DNA from: Cyanophora paradoxa CCMP329
Lineage: Eukaryota; Plantae; Glaucophyta
NCBI GenBank assembly: GCA_004431415.1
Contig: QPMI01000571.1
Span: 62,001-126,000, forward strand
DNA: 64,000 nt
Reading direction: 5' to 3'
In this document: piece after piece, positions 1 through 12,992 of the stretch
How positions within the stretch are numbered: the stretch's first letter is position 1
Layout: each line of letters begins with the position of its first letter
The notes under the pieces: generated by a model
Seen by the model: the letters and a program-made list of their open reading frames with translations, nothing else
Database searches by the model: none
What the model was told of the DNA's origin: nothing
Made by a program: the position numbers and the translations under genes

Positions 1-412
1 CGGGATGCCGCGGCCGCTGCGTCCTCGGGATTCGAGTTCGCTGCGTCCGCAGATACAGGAGCCTCCGGCTTGCTGCCCGATGCGGTTTGCTCGTCGGCCG
101 CGAGGCTGATCGCTACGTCGGAAAGGTCGGCCCGCTGCGCGGCATCGCTGCCGGCGTTCCGCTGCTTCTCCGCGACAGCCGCGGGCTCCACACGTGCCCG
201 CTCTGGCGAGCCCACGGACTTCCGCGCTGTCGTAGTGGTCGCCTCCTGCCCGCGGTCAACCCGAAGGAGGCCGATGTCCCGCCCGCTCTCCGCTGCAGGT
301 CGCAATGAGCGCATCGCGGCGACGAGCGCCCGCGCATCGCACCCTTCGCAGAGGACTTGGGCGTCTGCCGCTGTACGTCCTCCGCCGCGCGTTTGCAGCA
401 CGCGCTGCCCAT
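1..412 (-). CDS. 5' part of an unknown protein with an N-terminal myristoylation/palmitoylation-type motif (MGSACC); runs off the left edge
   Basis: ATG at 412; exon MGSACCKRAAEDVQRQTPKSSAK; 50-nt GT..AG intron 293-342; next exon joins in frame (AESGRDIGLLRVDRGQEA...) and stays open to position 1. Confidence 0.6.
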
Positions 413-751
413 CTCTAGATCTTCCGGGGCGCTGCTGCGAGCGCGGCCGAAGCTGGAGTGCGAGTGCCATGCTGCGCTCTCACTCGGATCGTCGCAGGGG
501 TGACGGCAGGAAAACCAAGCGGCGCGGCCGCGAAGACGCTGTACCCGACCAAAACCGGCTTGAAGGCTTGGCGGATCAAATTTCGTCGCGCGCGCGCGCC
601 GCGGCGCGTTACGGCATCGCTTGCGAAACACTAGATCTGCCGCTAGCTATTTGTTCACGACAGCGTTTTCTAGCCTGCAGGCCACGGCCTATTGTTAACG
701 TTACAGCACAACGGTGTCGCGTGCCGACCGCGGGCGGGCGGCGCGCTGGTA

Positions 752-3700
752 CTAGTGGGACCCCAAAGCGGCGGCGGCGGCAGCGGCGGCGGCGGCGGCT
801 CGGCGGCCCTTGGCCTTGGACATCCCCTCCTTCGTCTCGCGGAGCACGTGGTCGATCATCTGCACCCGCCTGCGCGCGCGCAGCGCCGCCCCCCAGCCCC
901 GCGCCCTCAGCTGTGCCGAGCGAGGGGGCGGGGGCGCGCGCGCGCACTTGGACTCTTCCTCCGCCACCTCCGCCTGCGGAAAACCAAGACCTAGGCGTCA
1001 GATCCGAGCCCAAGCCAAGCCGAGCTAAGCGAGCGCTAGGTACGAAGTCTCAGCGAAGCGCGCGCCATCTTCGCGAAGGCCTCGCGGAGGCGGCCGAGGC
1101 GCTTCCAGTCGGTGACGTTCTCGAGGGCGCGCTCGAGCTCCTCGACCTGCGCCCGCTTCTCCGCCACGCCCTGCAGGAGCTCCTCCTTCTCCCGCAGGAG
1201 TGCCCCCAGCTTGTTCGCCAGGTTCTGCCCCGCTCTCGCGCGTGAGTCCGCGGGACGGGAAGCTTAAGGCGGGGGGCACGGGTCGGGGCGCGCCTCGAGG
1301 TTCGTCTCGAGGGTGCCGCGCCGCCCGCGCTCCTCCTCCAGCTTCTGCGGCCGGGCTCGAACCAAGGCAAGGCGAGATCAAATTCAGATCAAATCTCCGA
1401 CTGACCTGCTGGATCTCGGCGAGGGCCCGCTCCTGCTCGGCGTGCTGCCTCTGGAAGGCGGCCCGCTCCTGCGCGACCGCCGCCTCCCGCTCCGCCAGCG
1501 CCGCCTCCGCCCGCCGCAGCTCCCGGATCGTCTCCTGCTCCCGCCGCTCCGCCGCCTCCACCGCGCTCTTCAGCTCCGCGTTCTCCTCCTGGTAGCGCCC
1601 CACCTGCCTCGTGAAAGCCGACGTGATCTGCGCAGACCGGGGCCCCTGAGCTCAGCCAAGAAGACTTCTACCCCCGCACAAGAGAGAGATCTAATTTTAG
1701 CACCTCGTGGAGGTCCTGGGTGAGGGCCTCCTTCTCGCGGCGCCGGGCCGCCTCCTTCTCGGCGAGCTCGTGGTGGAGGGCCAGGACCCTGCAGGCAGGC
1801 CCGGCCGGCCGGCCCTCAGCTCCCAAGCAGCCGGCTACTAACAAATTTTAGCGCGCACTGGGTGTCCATGCCGAGGGTCTCGCTGTGGAGGAGGGCGACC
1901 TTGCGCCGGTACTCGTCCGTCTGCGACTTGATCCGCTCGAGCTCGGAGCCGAACTCGACCATGATGGGCGGCCGGCAGTCGTGGGGCACGCCCCCGGGGG
2001 GCGCCCCCGGCGGAGGAGGGGGCGGGCTCGTCGAGGCGGAGGGGCCGGCGGCCGGCTCCGCCGCGTCGTCGAGGACGACGGCGGCGTCGTCGTCCCCGCG
2101 GAGGGCGGGCGCGGCGGCGGGGCCGGCGGCGCCGGTGGCGGCGCGGCGGCGGCCGCGGAGGAGGAGGAGGGGGCGGCGTACGAGGCCGCGCTGGAGGCGG
2201 GGCGGGGGGGAGGGACCGGGGGCGGGGTACCGGCGGCCGAGGAGCGGTGGACGAGGCCTGGCGGGCGAAGCGTCGGCGCGGGCGCGACGCGGGCGCGGCG
2301 GATTCAAGGCGCACCGGCGGAGAAGGGGCGGGCGGCGGCGGAGGAGGGCCCGGCGGAGGGGGGCCGCGGCGAGATCCCGCGACTCGACGTACCCCCCGCC
2401 GAGGCGCGGGAGGCGGGCCGAAGGCCGCCGGAGGACGAGGCGGCGTCGCCCCCGGGGGCCCAGCTCACGTTGAGCACATCGATCAGGAAGACCTGGAGGG
2501 AAGAGGGTGTACGCCGCGTCGGCTTGGCGGAGGGGGAGGAAGGGACGGGGGGTACGGGCGCACCCTGCCGGAGTGGTGCTGGACGTACTCGCAGACGAGC
2601 CCGTCGAGCTCGTGGGGGGTACACGTCAAGGCGCAGCGGGGGGTATAGCTCGCGAGGAGACCGGGCGGGGGCGGGGCGGGGTAGAAGGATATGAGAGCGT
2701 GCGCCTTCTTGACGTACTGGACGAGGCCCATTGTCAGCTTGTTCAGCTCCAGCGAGAGCAGACCTGCGCCACGCCCCCTCTAAGGCACCGGTACCCCCCG
2801 CCTATAGAAGGGGTAGACGGGGGGTACCCGGGACGGCGGGAGACCGGTCCTCCTCCGCGAGGCGCGAGCTGACGACCTCCTCCGGCCCTCCCAGGGAGGC
2901 GGGGCGGTACCTGAGGGGGTACCCCCCTCGGCCCGGGCCCGCAGAGCGCGGCGCGGTACCCCCACGCTCGCTCACCGCTCGTCGTACTGCGCGGGGGCGT
3001 GTCAGCAGAGGAAAGGGGGGAAGGTGGAGGTGGAGGGGTACGGGGACGGACCTTGCGGGCGAAGGTGTCGACGCCCGACTCGCGGGAGGTGCGAACGTAG
3101 GTCGAGATGTACCTGCCCCGGGGCAGGCGGGCAGCCCTAGGCTTCAGCCGCGGTGCGGGCTGAGGAAACAGGGGCTCCCGCACCGCATGGCGCCGGCCGG
3201 GCGGACGTAGACCTAAGGGGGCGCGGCTGATCATGAGCCGCGCAGGAGGGAAAGCGGGGAAGCGGGGCGGGGCGGCGGCGCGCCTGCAGGACGCAGGAGA
3301 GGGTCTGGTCGCCGTCCGCGAGGCGGCTGAGGACCGCCAGCAGCTCCTGGTCCGTCAGAAGCACCGTGCGGCTCCCTGCGGCCGCCGCCAGCTTAGCCGA
3401 GCCAGCGGCGCCGCGCCGGCCGGCCGCGGCCTCGGGCTTCACCGTCGCGCAGGATGGCGACGTAGCTGCTGTCGCCGGTGCGCTCGCGGCTCGACGTGTC
3501 CAGGAAGCGCTCGCGGATGGCCCCGCCCGTGCTCTTCGCCGCGCTCTTACGCAGCACCTGGCCATCCTGCAGGCCGGGCGCTCGGCCCGGCGCTGGGCAG
3601 GCAGGCATCGGAGGCGCGCGCGGACCTTGGACTGGAAGAACCACGACAGGAGGGAGCCGTCGCGGATGACAAGCGTGTCCGGCAGCGGGAGCTTGAGCGG

Positions 3701-3757
3701 GACTTGCTTGGTGTTCGAGAAGAGCGAGATGAAGTGGAGCTGGTCGTCGAAGCGCAT
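752..3757 (-). CDS. Multi-exon protein of unknown function with a globular N-terminus and long C-terminal coiled coil
   Basis: Consecutive minus-strand exon peptides MRFDDQLHFISLFSNTKQVPLKLPLPDTLVI, GLVQYVKKAH, ELDGLVCEYVQHHSGR, EFGSELERIKSQTDEYRRKVALLH, GRYQEENAELKSAVEAAERREQETIRELRR, ending ...AAALGSH-stop at 752, separated by short GT/GC-AG introns. Confidence 0.7.
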
Positions 3758-4047
3758 CCTTCCTATCAATAGCTAGGCTGCGCTAGGCGCCGGTGGCCTC
3801 TCCGGCCCGCCCCAGCGAGCTGAGCAACGTCTTTAGCTGCTGCGCCGGGAACGGCTCCTCAGCAGGTGCGGCTGCGGCTGTAAGCTTGATTCACCTGTTC
3901 CGGCTCTAGCAAGCATGCACGAGCGCAGCTGGGCGCATCCAGCGAGTTTTGAGCGGGGCAAGGGGGGTATAGGTGCACGACCCGCAATTAACCGCCCGGC
4001 TAGCACGAGCGGGGCGCTCCGCACGTGCGGCTGGGTGCTCTACAGCG

Positions 4048-7000
4048 ATGCCGGCGGCCGACGCCGAGGTCCTAGCGCCTGCGGCCGGCGACGGGGCCGC
4101 GCCACCCAAAGCCGTCGAGAATGATACAGAAAAGCAGCGTCAGGTCGCGGATGCTGGATTCACGGTGCGCCTGATCCACGCTAGCTAGTCGTCTTGCGAT
4201 TCGCTGCGCCCGCGTAGGGTAGAGACGGTCCCGCGTGCGGTGCAGCTGGGGCGACGCGTAGCAGCGGGCCCAGCCCCGCTCAGCTAGACAGCCCATTCCT
4301 TGCTCGCGCGGGGGCTTGCCGCCCGCGTCCGACCCCGCGGCGGCGCGCTGATCCGGAGCGTAGGCGCTGCGGGAGTATGTCCAGCAGCTGGAGGTCCCGA
4401 AGTCGGCTCCGGCGGGCGAGGAGGACGACCCGGCCAACATCGGTGCGCGGCCCGCTTGAGGGGGGGCCTAGCCCCCGCCCCCGGCCCGCCGCCCCCGGAT
4501 TCCATAACGCCACGGACCCCGCTCATCGGCGCGCAGGGACGAAGACGACGAGCGCGCTGATGAAGAGCGCGGAGTTCTACAGGCGCGAGCTGATCCGGGA
4601 CAGTCTTTGCAGGCTCAACACGGGCGCCAAGGGCGGTGCGCGCGCCCCGCGCCCGCCCGCCCGCCCGCCCGCCCGCGTCGCCCAACGCCGCCCGGCAGGC
4701 GCTGACGAGAACGCGCCCCGCGGGACGCACATCTTTGCGTGGGGCGCCGTGCGCCCCGCCCCCCTCCCCGCCCCCCTCGCCGCCCTGCGCCGCCACGAAG
4801 CGCCGACGCCGCCGCGCAGGGGTACCACGGGCAGCTGGCGGTCGAGGGGGCCAGCAAGTCGGTGTCGGTACCCACGGAAGCGAACCTCAGCAGCATCGCG
4901 GAGACGATCTGCCACGTGGCCGCCGGCGGCTTCCACTCCGCCGTCGTCGTCGGTACCCGTGCCCCTCCTGCGGCCTTTTTTTGGCAGGACGGCCCTTTTT
5001 CTGAGGACGACCGCCTCAGACTCGGGCGCCGTGTACACGTGGGGGTACGGCAAGTTCGGGCAGCTGGGGTACGACATGGGCGGCTTTGAGACGCAGAACA
5101 CGCCGAGGAAGATCGAGACCTTCGAGGGTACGCTTCCGTCTCGCCCCCCCCCTTCCCTCCCCCGGTCGACTCGCGTACCCAGGGCTGCCGCTGCGGGAAA
5201 GCAAGGTGCTGGTCCGGCAGGTCGCCTGCGGGCTCTCCCACACCGCCATCGTCACCGGTACCCCCCTCTCTCCCTCGCTCCGCGCGCCGGTCCCTTCCGA
5301 ACGCCCGCCGCAGACGTGGGGACGCTCCTCACGTTCGGGAGCAGCGAGCACGGGCAGCTGGGCCACGGGGACGTCCTCAGCCACAAGGCGCCCGCCCCGC
5401 GCCCCCGCCCCCGCCCCCGCCCCCGCCCCCGCCGCCACTCAAAGTCGGGCAGGTGCCTCGGGCGGTGGACGCGTTCAAGGGGACGCGGATCGCGCAGATC
5501 GCGTGCGGGGAGCGCCACACGGCCGCCGTGACCGAGGCCGGCCAGCTCTACACTTGGGGCATGGGCGGCCAGGGCGCGCCCTCCCCCCTCTTCTCCTCCT
5601 CCTCCAACTCAGCCCTGAGGCGCCCCGCAGGGCAGCTGGGGCACGGGAACCTGGAGAACCAGCGGCGCCCCGTGCTCGTCGAGCGCCTCCGCGACGTCAG
5701 GACCGTCCAGGTAGGAAGAGGACAGAGGAAGAAGATAGAGAAGAGAGCGGGGTCGACGGTCGGCGCAGGTGGCGTGCGGGTCGATCCACACGGCGACGGT
5801 CTCGGCGGCGGCGGAGCTCTGGTGCTGGGGCTACGGCGGCATCCTCGAGGCCAGGTCCGCCCTGGAGCGGGGACGGGGTTTCAGAGACTAGATGGAGAAT
5901 AAGGCCAAGCTGCCCCAGACGAGGACGGAACGGCCTAGGAAGATTAGGAACGGCGGGGCTTGGGAGACTAGGTGGAGAAGAAGGCTTAGCTGTCTATCAC
6001 CGCGGAGAGTCCCCCGGCTTGTCCGAGCCCGAGAGGCGGGGCCAGGCTGACCGCGCTTGGGCCGGCAGCGACCACGGGCTCTTCTGCACGGTGCCGCGGA
6101 CGGTGAGCGCGCTGGCGAAGCTGCGGATCGGGCAGGTCGCCCTCGGGCACAACCACGTCGTCGCCCTCACCGGTACGCCCCCTTCTCTTCTCTCCTCGTA
6201 CCCCCTACCTCCTTACACCTCTGTGCAGAGGACGGGGACGTGTACGCGTGGGGGGCCGGCGACAAGGGCCAGATCGGCAACGGCAAGAAGCAGTGCGCCG
6301 CCGCCTTCGCTTCCTCTCCCTGCGCCGCGCCTCGCCGCGCCGCGCCGCGGCCGACGCTTCGTTCGCAGGGACACGGTGAAGGCCCCGAAGCTCGTGCTGG
6401 CCGGCAAGGCCGTCTTCCAGGTACTGTACCCCCCAGCCCGCCCCGAGGCGCCCCCGTACCCCTCGCCCTCTCAGCCGGGTCCCCCGCCCTCCCCTCCCCG
6501 CAGGTCGCGTGCGGGCGGTACCACACGGTGCGCCCCCCCCCCCCCCCCCCCCCACAGCCCGACCTCCGACCTCCGACCTCTGACCTCTGGCCTCAGGTGG
6601 CGCTGACGAGCTTCGGGACGCTGTACACGTGGGGCTTCGGCGACTCGGGCCAGCTCGGCCACCGCCAGGAGGCGCTCCCGCCCCCGGCCCCCCCGCCCCT
6701 TCAGCTGAGCGAGGCGACGCCGAGCTGAGCTGAGACTAAGCTGATGAGACTAAGCCAAGACCGAGCCGAGCTGCCCTCCGCTCTTCTCTGAGGGCGGGGC
6801 GGCGGGGCGGGGCGCAGGCGGGGGAGCTGGTGCCGCGGCTTGTGGAGGGCCTCCTCGAGCGCGTCGTCGGCATCGCCGCCTGCGGCCAGCACCACTCACT
6901 CGCCCTCACCTGTAGGCCGAGCCGAGCCCGTCGGACGCTTCTTCTTCGCTTCTTTGTGTTTGACTGGGTCGGCAGCGGGGCGGCTGGGCGTGCTGGGCCC

Positions 7001-10000
7001 CGAGTTCTCGGCCTGGAAGGCCCGCGAGATCGCCGAGGTCGCCGCGGTGCGCACCCTTGCTCGCTCGCTTGCCCCGCTTCAGCTTGGGATCGACCGGCGC
7101 GCCCTCCCTCCGCAGCGGGCCGAGGAGCTGCGGCGGCGGCGCGGGTGGGCGGCCGGCCAGCAGCAGCCGTCCTCCCCGGGGGCCGCCGCCGGCTCCCCGC
7201 GGGGCCAGGGCCAGGGACAGGGGCAGGGCCCCCGCGCGGACGCCGTCTCCGTCGCCGCGTGCGCCCTCCTCTCTCTCTTCTTCCTCTCTTCCCCCTGTTC
7301 AACGCGGTACCCCCGGCAGGACGCGGGCGCCGTCGAGCCAGGCGCCGCCCCTCAACGAGGCGGACCTGGACGAGGAGAGCGAGGTGTGTACCCCCGCCCC
7401 GTTCACCTGAGCTCCCTGTTTCCTTTGCCCGCGAGCCGAGCCGGGGCTGCCTGCAGGGGCCGGCGGCCGGGGGGCCGGAGGAGCGGGGCCAGGGCCAGGG
7501 CCAGAGCCGGGACTCGGGGCGCGACGTGGTCCGCGACGCGCTGCAGCCGCCGGCCGCGGCCCCCGCCGGCCAGCGCACCTCCTCGGAGCTCCTCGTCCCG
7601 GTACACCCACCCCTCCACTCTACCTTGCGCTTCCGAGGGCTGACGCGGGGCGGGGCGGGGCGGGGCGGGGGTACAGCCTCAGCAGGGCGGCCGCTCCCGC
7701 ACCGACAGCGCCATCTCGTCCAAGGAGGTACCCCCCCCCCCCCCCCCCCCCCCCCCCCGCGCTCCGCCCCGCCCCGCCCCGCCCGCCTGAGCCTCTCCTC
7801 TTTGCAGTCGATGCGGCGGTCGACGTCGCAGCAGCCGCGGAGCGCGGCGGGGCTGGGACCGGCGGGCGGCAAGGGCAAGGGCCTCTCCGAGATCCTCGCC
7901 CAGTTCGCCGCCCAGAAGCAGGCCCAGGTCCGCCCCCCCGCCAGGCAAGGGCAGAGCTGGGCCGGGCTGGGCGGCTTTCCAGTGGACGGCTAGACCGGAC
8001 CAGGACAGGGCCCCCGGCCTAGAGCTAGGCCAGGCCGGGCTAGACTAGAGCTAGGCCAGGCTGGAGCGGCTAGGGCAGGCTAGAGCTTCAGAGCCAGGAC
8101 GAGGCGCCGGAGGAGGAATCGCCGCCCCTCCTCACCTTTTTTCCGCGCAGGAGGACCCGGCCGACCGCGTGCCCGTCTCAACAGAGGCCGAGCGCCGCGC
8201 CATTCGCGCCTCGGTCCACGGCGCCGGCGCCTCCGCCCCCTCCCTCGCCGAGCTCATGGCCCAGCGCGACCCGGTGCACCCCACTTCCCTCCCTTTCTAT
8301 CTTTTTGTTTCGTTGCTTAGGCCCGCGGGGCAGGCGGCGCCCAAGCAGCTCACCAAGTCGCCTACGATGGGGGCCTCGGGTCCCGGGGGGGCGCTGTCGT
8401 CGCCCTCGTTCCGGGCCTCGGCCCCGGCCGCCTCCCCGCCGACTAAGGATGCGTCGGAGGCGCCGCAGCGGCCCCCGAAGGGGCCCCTCCCCACCTCGCT
8501 CTCGGTTTACCGGCCGGCCCCAGGCCTCACCGCCGCCGCCTCCGCCCCGGAGCCCGAGCGGCAGGGCCTACCCCCCCTCGCCGTCCCCCACGCCCGCTCC
8601 CCTGGAGGAGGCGGCGCCGCGACCGCCCGCGAGCCGGCGGGGCGGCGCGGCGGGCCGGCGGCGGCGGAGGCGGCGGCGATGCGCGGCTCGTTCACCGACC
8701 GCGGGCCCCGCGCCCCGCAGCCGCCGCCTCCGAAGGGCAAGGGCCCCGCGGCGGACGAGGACACAGAGAGCATGAAGGGCGGGGCGGGGCGCGCCCGGCG
8801 GTTCCGGGAGTCGGGGCCCGGCGCGGCCGGCAAGCACGGGATGGTCTCCCCCCGCGTGGCCTTCCACCAGCGCATGAGCGATACCCTCCACAAGATGCAG
8901 CGCAGCGTGCGTACCCTCCTACCCTCCGCTTTCCTTTCTTCCTTTCTGAGACCTGCTTCTTTCCTTCAGGTCGGGGGCGGCTCGGAGTCGGAGCTGCTGC
9001 AGGAGGTCTCCCTCTACCGCCTCCTCGAGCGCCTCAAGGCCGACTACGACCGGGTACGCCATTCTTCCTTTTTTGTATGTCTTGTTCTCGTTCCTCACGC
9101 GGGGGGTACACGTACAGGTGCGGGAGGAGGGCCGGCGGAAGGAGGAGAAGGCGGAGCAGCTCGCGGGGGAGCTCGAGGACCTCCACAAGGTCCGGTGGGG
9201 TACTGCTTTGGTACCGGGGTTACGGGAAAGGCCCACGTCCGGCCCCGTCCGGGTGGCGGGGGTACAGGATTCGTCGGGGAACGCGAGCGCGACGGCGACG
9301 GCGGCGCAGGAAGTCATCGCCCCAATCGAGATCCGACTCCAATCCGTCCTCATGCGGGTCAGCTCGTCGTACCCTCCCTCCTCTAGCCCCCCCACGGGAC
9401 ATCACCTGAGCTCGCCGGGAACAGTGCGCGGAGGCGGAGGACGATCAGATGAACTACACGCAGGCCGTGGACGATCTCAAGGCGCGCCCGTACCCGTACA
9501 CCTAGAGATGCCCCCTTCTAAGCCTGCGCAGGAGGAGCGGTACCGGCTGCTGAAGTGCATCGAGGACGTGAAGGAGAAGCTCGAGGAGACCGACGCGACC
9601 CGCAAGAAGGCGCGCGCCCCCCCCTCCCTCCCCTCTCGTTCCTCCCTCCCTTCCCCCCCCCTCGAGCCTTTTCCCCCCTCAGGTCCTGGCGGCGCACGAG
9701 CGGGCGGTCGGGGAGCACGCGGCGGCCTCGGCGGAGCTCGAGGGCTTCCGCGCCGACCTCCGCGACTCCCGCGCCTTCTTCGCCGAGCAGGCGCGCCGAG
9801 CCGCCCTTGTGCTGCGAACGAAGCGAGGGGGGGTATCCTCAGCTTTTTTTAGAGGGGATCGGGCGAAATTCATCTTTCCATCAAGTTTGATGGAAAGCTG
9901 AGGACCTCTTTCTGAGGACCTCCGGGTCCCCTCTAAAAGATTCCCCTCTAAAAGATCCCCGCCCGAATTTCGCCCGATCCCCCCTAAAGAAGGCTGAGGA

Positions 10001-12992
10001 TACCCCCCCTCGCTTCGTTCGCAGCTGGCGCGGCTGAGGCTGAAGAGGGAGCACCTGCACAGCATGTACGACGAGCTTCTGGGGGACGGCGCGGCGCCCC
10101 CCAACCACGCCGCCTCCTCCGCCTCCCTCGCGCCCACCGCCGTCGGGGCCGCCTCGCTCTCCCGCGCCGGCGCCGCCTCCCCGACCGCCCCCGTGCGCCC
10201 TCTCTTTTCCTCCCCCTCTTTCTCTGAGCCGTCCGCAGAGCCCGCGGCCGGGGGCCGGGGCCGACCGGGAGAGCGCGGGGCGCGTCCGGGCCGAGGCGGC
10301 GTACCTCCGCCGCAAGATCTGTGCGCGCGCCCCCTCCGGCAGCCCTTCTTCTCCCTCGAAGCTCAACTCGCGCGCAGTCGCGCTGGTGCAGGCGCGGCAG
10401 CTGAAGGCCCTCCGCGAGCGCATGCTCCACCTCCAGGCGAGAAAAGCCGCCCTCCGAGCTCTCTCCGGGGCGGCCGGCCCCGCTGAGCCGGGGGCGGGCG
10501 CAGGGGGCGATGGGGCGGATCCGGGCGGCGACGGGCATCTCGGACCCGGCGCTCATCCTCGAGAAGCTCGCCACCCGCGACGAGGCGCGCCCCGCTAGTC
10601 CCTTACAGAGAGGGGCTGCGGCCTCAAGCTTTGCCCCTGCAGACGCGGATGGCGTTCCTGGCGGAGGCGGAGGCCAAGACCGCCCGCATCGCCGAGCTCG
10701 AGCGCGAGAAGGTGCGAGGAGCTCGGTCGGATCTGATTCTGATCCGATCCGATCTGATCTGAGTTCTGGTGGCAGGCGGAGCTGCCGGGGCGGCTCCGGG
10801 GCGACGAGGCGCCCGAGGAGGCGCCCCGCGGGCCCTCCCGCGCGCCCCCCGCCGAGGCCGAGGGCGCCGGGGGGGAAGAGGGAGAGGAGGGCGCGGGCGG
10901 CGGGGCCGAGGGCGAGGGCGAGGCGCCGGTGTCGGCGGCGGCGGCGGCGCGGGCGGCGGCGGAGCACCAGAACCCGTACAAGACGCTGGACGCGTACAGC
11001 CTGCGCCTCCGGGCCGCGGGGAAGGTCCTGGAGGCGAAGCGGGACCAGTACGTGCGCGTGTGGCGGACCCTCGTCAGCGCCCACTCGGGCCTGCGCCAGC
11101 TCGTCGACGCCTGCACCAAGCGCATGGTCTGCCCTCATCTTCGCTCTCCTCTCCTTTCGCCCCGCTAATCGAGCGCAGCGGATGGAGACGGCGAAGCGCA
11201 TTGGGCGGGACTGGCGCGCCAACGCGACGACGTCCTCCGCCGCGGCGGCGGCGCTGACCGGGCGGGGGTCGACGTCGGAGGAGGGCGCCGCGCCCGGCGC
11301 GCCGCCCGGCGCCGAGGCGGAGGCCGGCGGCTCCGAGGCCGAGGAGGGCAGGGAGGAGGCCGCCGCCGGGGCCGCCGCCGGCGCCCGGGCCGGGGCCGGG
11401 GCCGGGCTGGCGTCGCTGAACGCGCGGGGCGGCGCGGGCGAGGGCGCGGCGGACCTGGAGATCCAGATCCCGCCCCCGCGGAGCGTGCGGGTCATGTCCG
11501 CCTCGGGCGAGCCGCAGCAGCGCCCCTCGCGCGGGAGCCGCGGCAGCGGCACCGGCTCCCCCGTTCGCGCCCCTTTCCCCCCCCCTTCCCCCCCCCTCAC
11601 TCCTCCCCCCGCAGCTGGGGTACATCCGGCCGCCGAAGGAGCCGGAGGACGCGGAGGACCTGGGGGGCGCCATCGGGACGTACCTCGCGATCCTCGACCA
11701 GCGCCTCACCCTCGTACCCCCCGCCCCGCCCCGCCCCTCTCCGCCCCGCCCCGCTCAGCTCGGGCAGGTCCTCGACGTCGTCGCCTCGCACTTCCCGGTG
11801 CGCTGCCTTCTCAGCCTTTAGCCTTCAGCCTTCTTCTGACTGGGCGCAGGGCGTGGAGCTGGAGGATTTGCTCCTGCCCGAGCAGCTCGGCTCGGCCCGC
11901 GGGGCCGGGGCCGACCCCGCGGTGCGTGCGCCGCGGAAGATAGCGGGGGGATCGTGGGGCGTGCAGGGCCCTGAGAGGCGCCTTCGTTTGCTCGCACGCG
12001 CAGGCGGCGGTGCCGATGGCGGGCTCGGGGGCGGCGGCGGGTGCGGCGGCGGCGGAGGGCGGGGCGGGGCCGGACGCGGCCAAGGCGCCGGAGGCAGCGG
12101 TACCCCAGGGCGGCTCGTTCGCCACACGCGGGTGCGCCGGGCCGCCCGCTCGCGAATTGCTTCTCTCTCAATCCCCAATCTCCCTCAATTCTCTCCTTCT
12201 CCTTCGACAGCAGGTCGCGGTCGTTCCACGCGCGCTCGATCCTGGCCCCTGGGAGCGTGAGCACGGGCTGGCGGCCCTCGGCGGCCTACGAGTCGGACGA
12301 GGAGAAGGAGCACCCCGTGGGGGGCGACGCGCCCGAGCGCCCGGGGCGGCAGGGCCGCCGCGAGAGCGGCGGGGCGACGTCCCTCGAGGACGAGGAGGAG
12401 CAGCTGCAGGCCGGCGGGCGCCGCCGGGGCTCCGTGGAGGACGAGGAGGAGGGCGCCGAGGGCGCCGCCGCCGCCCGCCGCCGCGCCTCCAATGTCAGCG
12501 CCGTGTCGGGGGCCGACGCCGCCGCCGGCGGCGGAGCGGGGGCGTCGGCGGCGGCCGCGGAGGAAGCGGGGCGGCGCCGGAGGCCCCGGCGGTACAGCCG
12601 CCGTCCGAGGAGGCGCCGGCGGCGAAGGACGAGGCCGCCGCCGCGGCCGAGCCGGAGGCCGCCGCGGTCGAGGAGGCGCCGGCGGCCGCCGCTGTCGAGC
12701 CGGGGCGGCGCCTCCCGCAGAGGAGGCGCCCGAGCCGCCGCCGGCGGACGCGGCCCCGGCGGACGAGGCGGCCGCGCCGGCGGACGAGGCCGCCGCGCCT
12801 GCACAGGCGGAGGAGGCCGCGCCGGCGGAGGCGGCGGCACCGGCGGAGGCGGCAGCGGTTGCGCCTTCGGAGGATGCTGGTGCCCCGGCAGAGGAGGCGG
12901 CTCCGGCGCCGGCAGCCGAGGCGGGGGAGGAGGCGGCGCGGGCCGAGGCCGACGCGGAGGGCGGGGACGGGCTCGAGGAGGTGGCGGCGTAG
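4048..12992 (+). CDS. RCC1-repeat beta-propeller protein with low-complexity linker, long coiled coil and Ala/Glu/Pro-rich tail
   Basis: RCC1 signatures at 4.7-6.9 kb: VAAGGFHSAVV, VYTWGYGKFGQLG, VACGLSHTAIVT, TFGSSEHGQLGHG, IACGERHTAAVT, YTWGMGGQGQLGHG, VALGHNHVVALT, YAWGAGDKGQIG, YTWGFGDSGQLG, IAACGQHHSLALT; spliceable exons continue into coiled coil at 9-11.9 kb; stop 12990-12992; two apparent frameshifts near 12570 and 12705. Confidence 0.8.
9811..10025. mobile_element. MITE-like foldback element (~215 bp) inside an intron of the RCC1 gene
   Basis: About 61-bp terminal inverted repeats: 9811-9871 GCTGCGAACGAAGCGAGGGGGGGTATCCTCAGC...GGGGATCGGGCGAAATTC and its near-exact reverse complement 9965-10025; internal hairpin CTTTCCATCAAGTTTGATGGAAAG. 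Confidence 0.75.

Noticed and set aside
3757-4048. Head-to-head arrangement alone as proof of functional pairing (also 15737/15905)
   Set aside because: Short divergent spacing also occurs between unrelated genes here, so the TIR-pair case rests on paralogy and the Glu/Gln contrast rather than spacing
12560-12720. Two frame switches in the Ala/Glu/Pro tail of the RCC1 gene as programmed frameshifting
   Set aside because: They fall in G/C runs with no slippery heptamer or splice signals; sequencing indels are the simpler explanation and raw reads would settle it
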